Assembly: GCA_050084515.1 (NCBI GenBank)
Contig: CM114271.1
Coordinates: 10,044,001 to 10,108,000, forward strand
Length of the DNA: 64,000 nucleotides
Source: Blasia pusilla
Taxonomy: Eukaryota
Direction of reading: 5' to 3'
In this document: positions 62,332 through 64,000 of the stretch, in pieces
How positions within the stretch are numbered: position 1 is the first letter of the stretch
How the letters are laid out: the number at the start of each line of letters is the position of its first letter
The notes under the pieces: generated by a model
The model's database searches: none
What the model was told of the DNA's origin: nothing
The model's input: only the letters and a program-made list of their open reading frames with translations
Made by a program: the position numbers and the translations under genes

Positions 62332-63429
62332 TGTGATACCCACCATTTTTAAAATTTTTCCTTTAAAAGATTTTTTTGTACAGAATTAAGTACAAGTCGT
62401 CATGGACGAAGACTAAAGACTGAGTATTTTATGAAGATTATATATAAGCAAAGGAAGGAAGCTCTTTGTCAAGATCTTAAGTACTGCGGTGTACCAAAGT
62501 GAATGGAAGTTGTATACATGTGAGTGAAGCTCTCGTCAGGAAACAAGGAGATTGGAAAATCAAGGACTTGTTTTGGAGGAGTAACAAAATTTGAAGATAG
62601 TTTAAAGTAAAGAAGGAAGTGGTGCGTGTTGCAATAAAGACATGTTAAGGAGAAGAAGTGCTAGAGAAAGACTATGAAGACACAGGTACTCCGTAAAAGA
62701 AGGAAGAGGGAAAAGAAGTATCATATCTTCTCTATGTAGCGAAGACTTATGAACGAAGCACTTTTGAGGACATGAGGAGGAAGAAACAGCTTCGCGCAAC
62801 TGAAGCTGCTTCGCAAAGTAACGAAGATTGAAACAACTTTGCATAGAAAAGAAGACAATAACCAATTCCAAGAGGCACACCCTTAGAGTAGTTAGGATGT
62901 AAAGGGGTATACCGTTCCAGGGAAGCACAGAAGGGTACAACGGTTAGTGTTAGCGGATTCATAGGGATTAGGGGAAAAGTAACCAGAAGTGTAGATTAAG
63001 TAGTTAAGAGGATCTAAACAGATTCTTACACATCAAGAAGCACTTCATATCTCAAGAACTCATGCATTTTGATCCAATATTTAAAGAGTGTTAGAGTAGT
63101 TTGTGTTATCATTCTCGTAAGACGTTGTTATGCTGTAGGAATGATCCAAGCTAAGAAAGAGAGTACCCTCTCCAACTTGTATTGCCTTGAGACCCTCATA
63201 TCTTTGATGGAACGAATGTCTCCCCTTTCTTCAATTTGATGTGCGGAGTTGGTGTATGATCTTATTGGGTCTACAAAGAGAGGAAAGGATGTTTCTTGCA
63301 TTCCATAATGAAAGAATAGACAATAAGAAAGATGTATGAAATTTGTTAGAAAGAGAGTAACCTACCTTGACAGATTAAGTTCTAATAGTAGGATAAGCCA
63401 TTGACTCATTATGTTCTTTGTGAGATTCT
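62332..63429 (+). repeat. Athila-like LTR (related family), interrupted by a Copia
   Basis: It starts TGTGATACCCAC like the reverse complement of the LTR ends at 43181, 33595 and 5079. It shares internal blocks (GAGTACCCTCTC, TTGATGGA, ATTGGGTCTAC). Confidence 0.8.
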
Positions 63430-64000
63430 TGTGGAAAACTGCTAAAGAAGCATAATTTGTGGGAAACGGCTCTCACACTCACACACCATTATGGAGAACA
63501 AAATTTGCAATGAGAGACTAAGTGGAGGCAAGTCCCCTTCTCATTTATATAGGGTATGTACAAGCAATCCTAACCCTTATCTTAACCATAGTCTCGAGTT
63601 AGACTAACTGTGATTAACTAACCCTAGTTAAGATAATCGCGCTTAACTAACTAACCAAAATTAAGCTTCCCTACTTCATGTAAGTACCAAATATAGCAGT
63701 TCAGGTGTCTCATGAGATTGACTGTAACTCAATCTTCAATACTCCCCCTCAAGCTTATATCGAAATCTTTAACGCCTAAATCATTTCTAAACATCTCAAA
63801 CTTATCTCTAGACAATGCCTTTGTAAAGATGTCATCAATTTGTTGATCTGTGTCTATATACACAAGACCAATTTCTCCTACAACTACTTTCTCTCTGATA
63901 AAATGATATTGCATCTCAATATATTTTGTACGAGCATGAAACACAGGGTTATTAGCAAGCTTGATGCTACTAATATTATCTGCATATATTACACTAGGTC
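63430..64000 (-). mobile_element. 3' end of a Copia element of the same family as 7596-17876 (3' LTR 63430-63741, PPT, RNase H end)
   Basis: The LTR is the reverse complement of 17563-17876. PPT GAGGGGGAG at 63742-63750; ORF FHARTKYIEMQYHFIREKV...DIFTKAL. Confidence 0.92.

Overview
This is a plant window, probably from a non-seed land plant (inferred from the element families). It has no intact host gene and consists almost entirely of nested, mostly decayed transposable elements. Left to right: Athila-like Gypsy remnants (1-5079), a small hAT-type MITE, an old Copia (7596-17876) holding a younger full-length Copia (8455-13435, TSD TACAT), and a chromovirus integrase fragment. From 19445 a large Gypsy runs to about 57340; its pol carries a cytosine-C5 DNA methyltransferase domain between protease and RT, and a second copy starts at 57341. 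The most striking feature sits inside the first copy: a GC-rich unit of about 10.5 kb net (about 24149-45465) with two divergent intron-containing genes. One is a GCM-like/DDE/SWIM Mutator-type transposase. The other is a long ParB-like (WDGNHR) protein ending in a beta-class N4C/N6A-type DNA methyltransferase domain. Its intergenic region and three long introns hold about 30 copies of a 25-27 bp palindrome, GCAACCCGTCGGNNTCCGACGGGTTGC. This unit is split by a full-length Athila-like element (32415-43181) that has an extra ORF. The DNMT-Gypsy integrase is also interrupted by an 8-kb non-autonomous CACTA (TSD TTG) carrying captured, intron-containing fragments of EB1, MCM9 and condensin CAP-H2. 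All family assignments come from motif recognition by eye, with no database searches.
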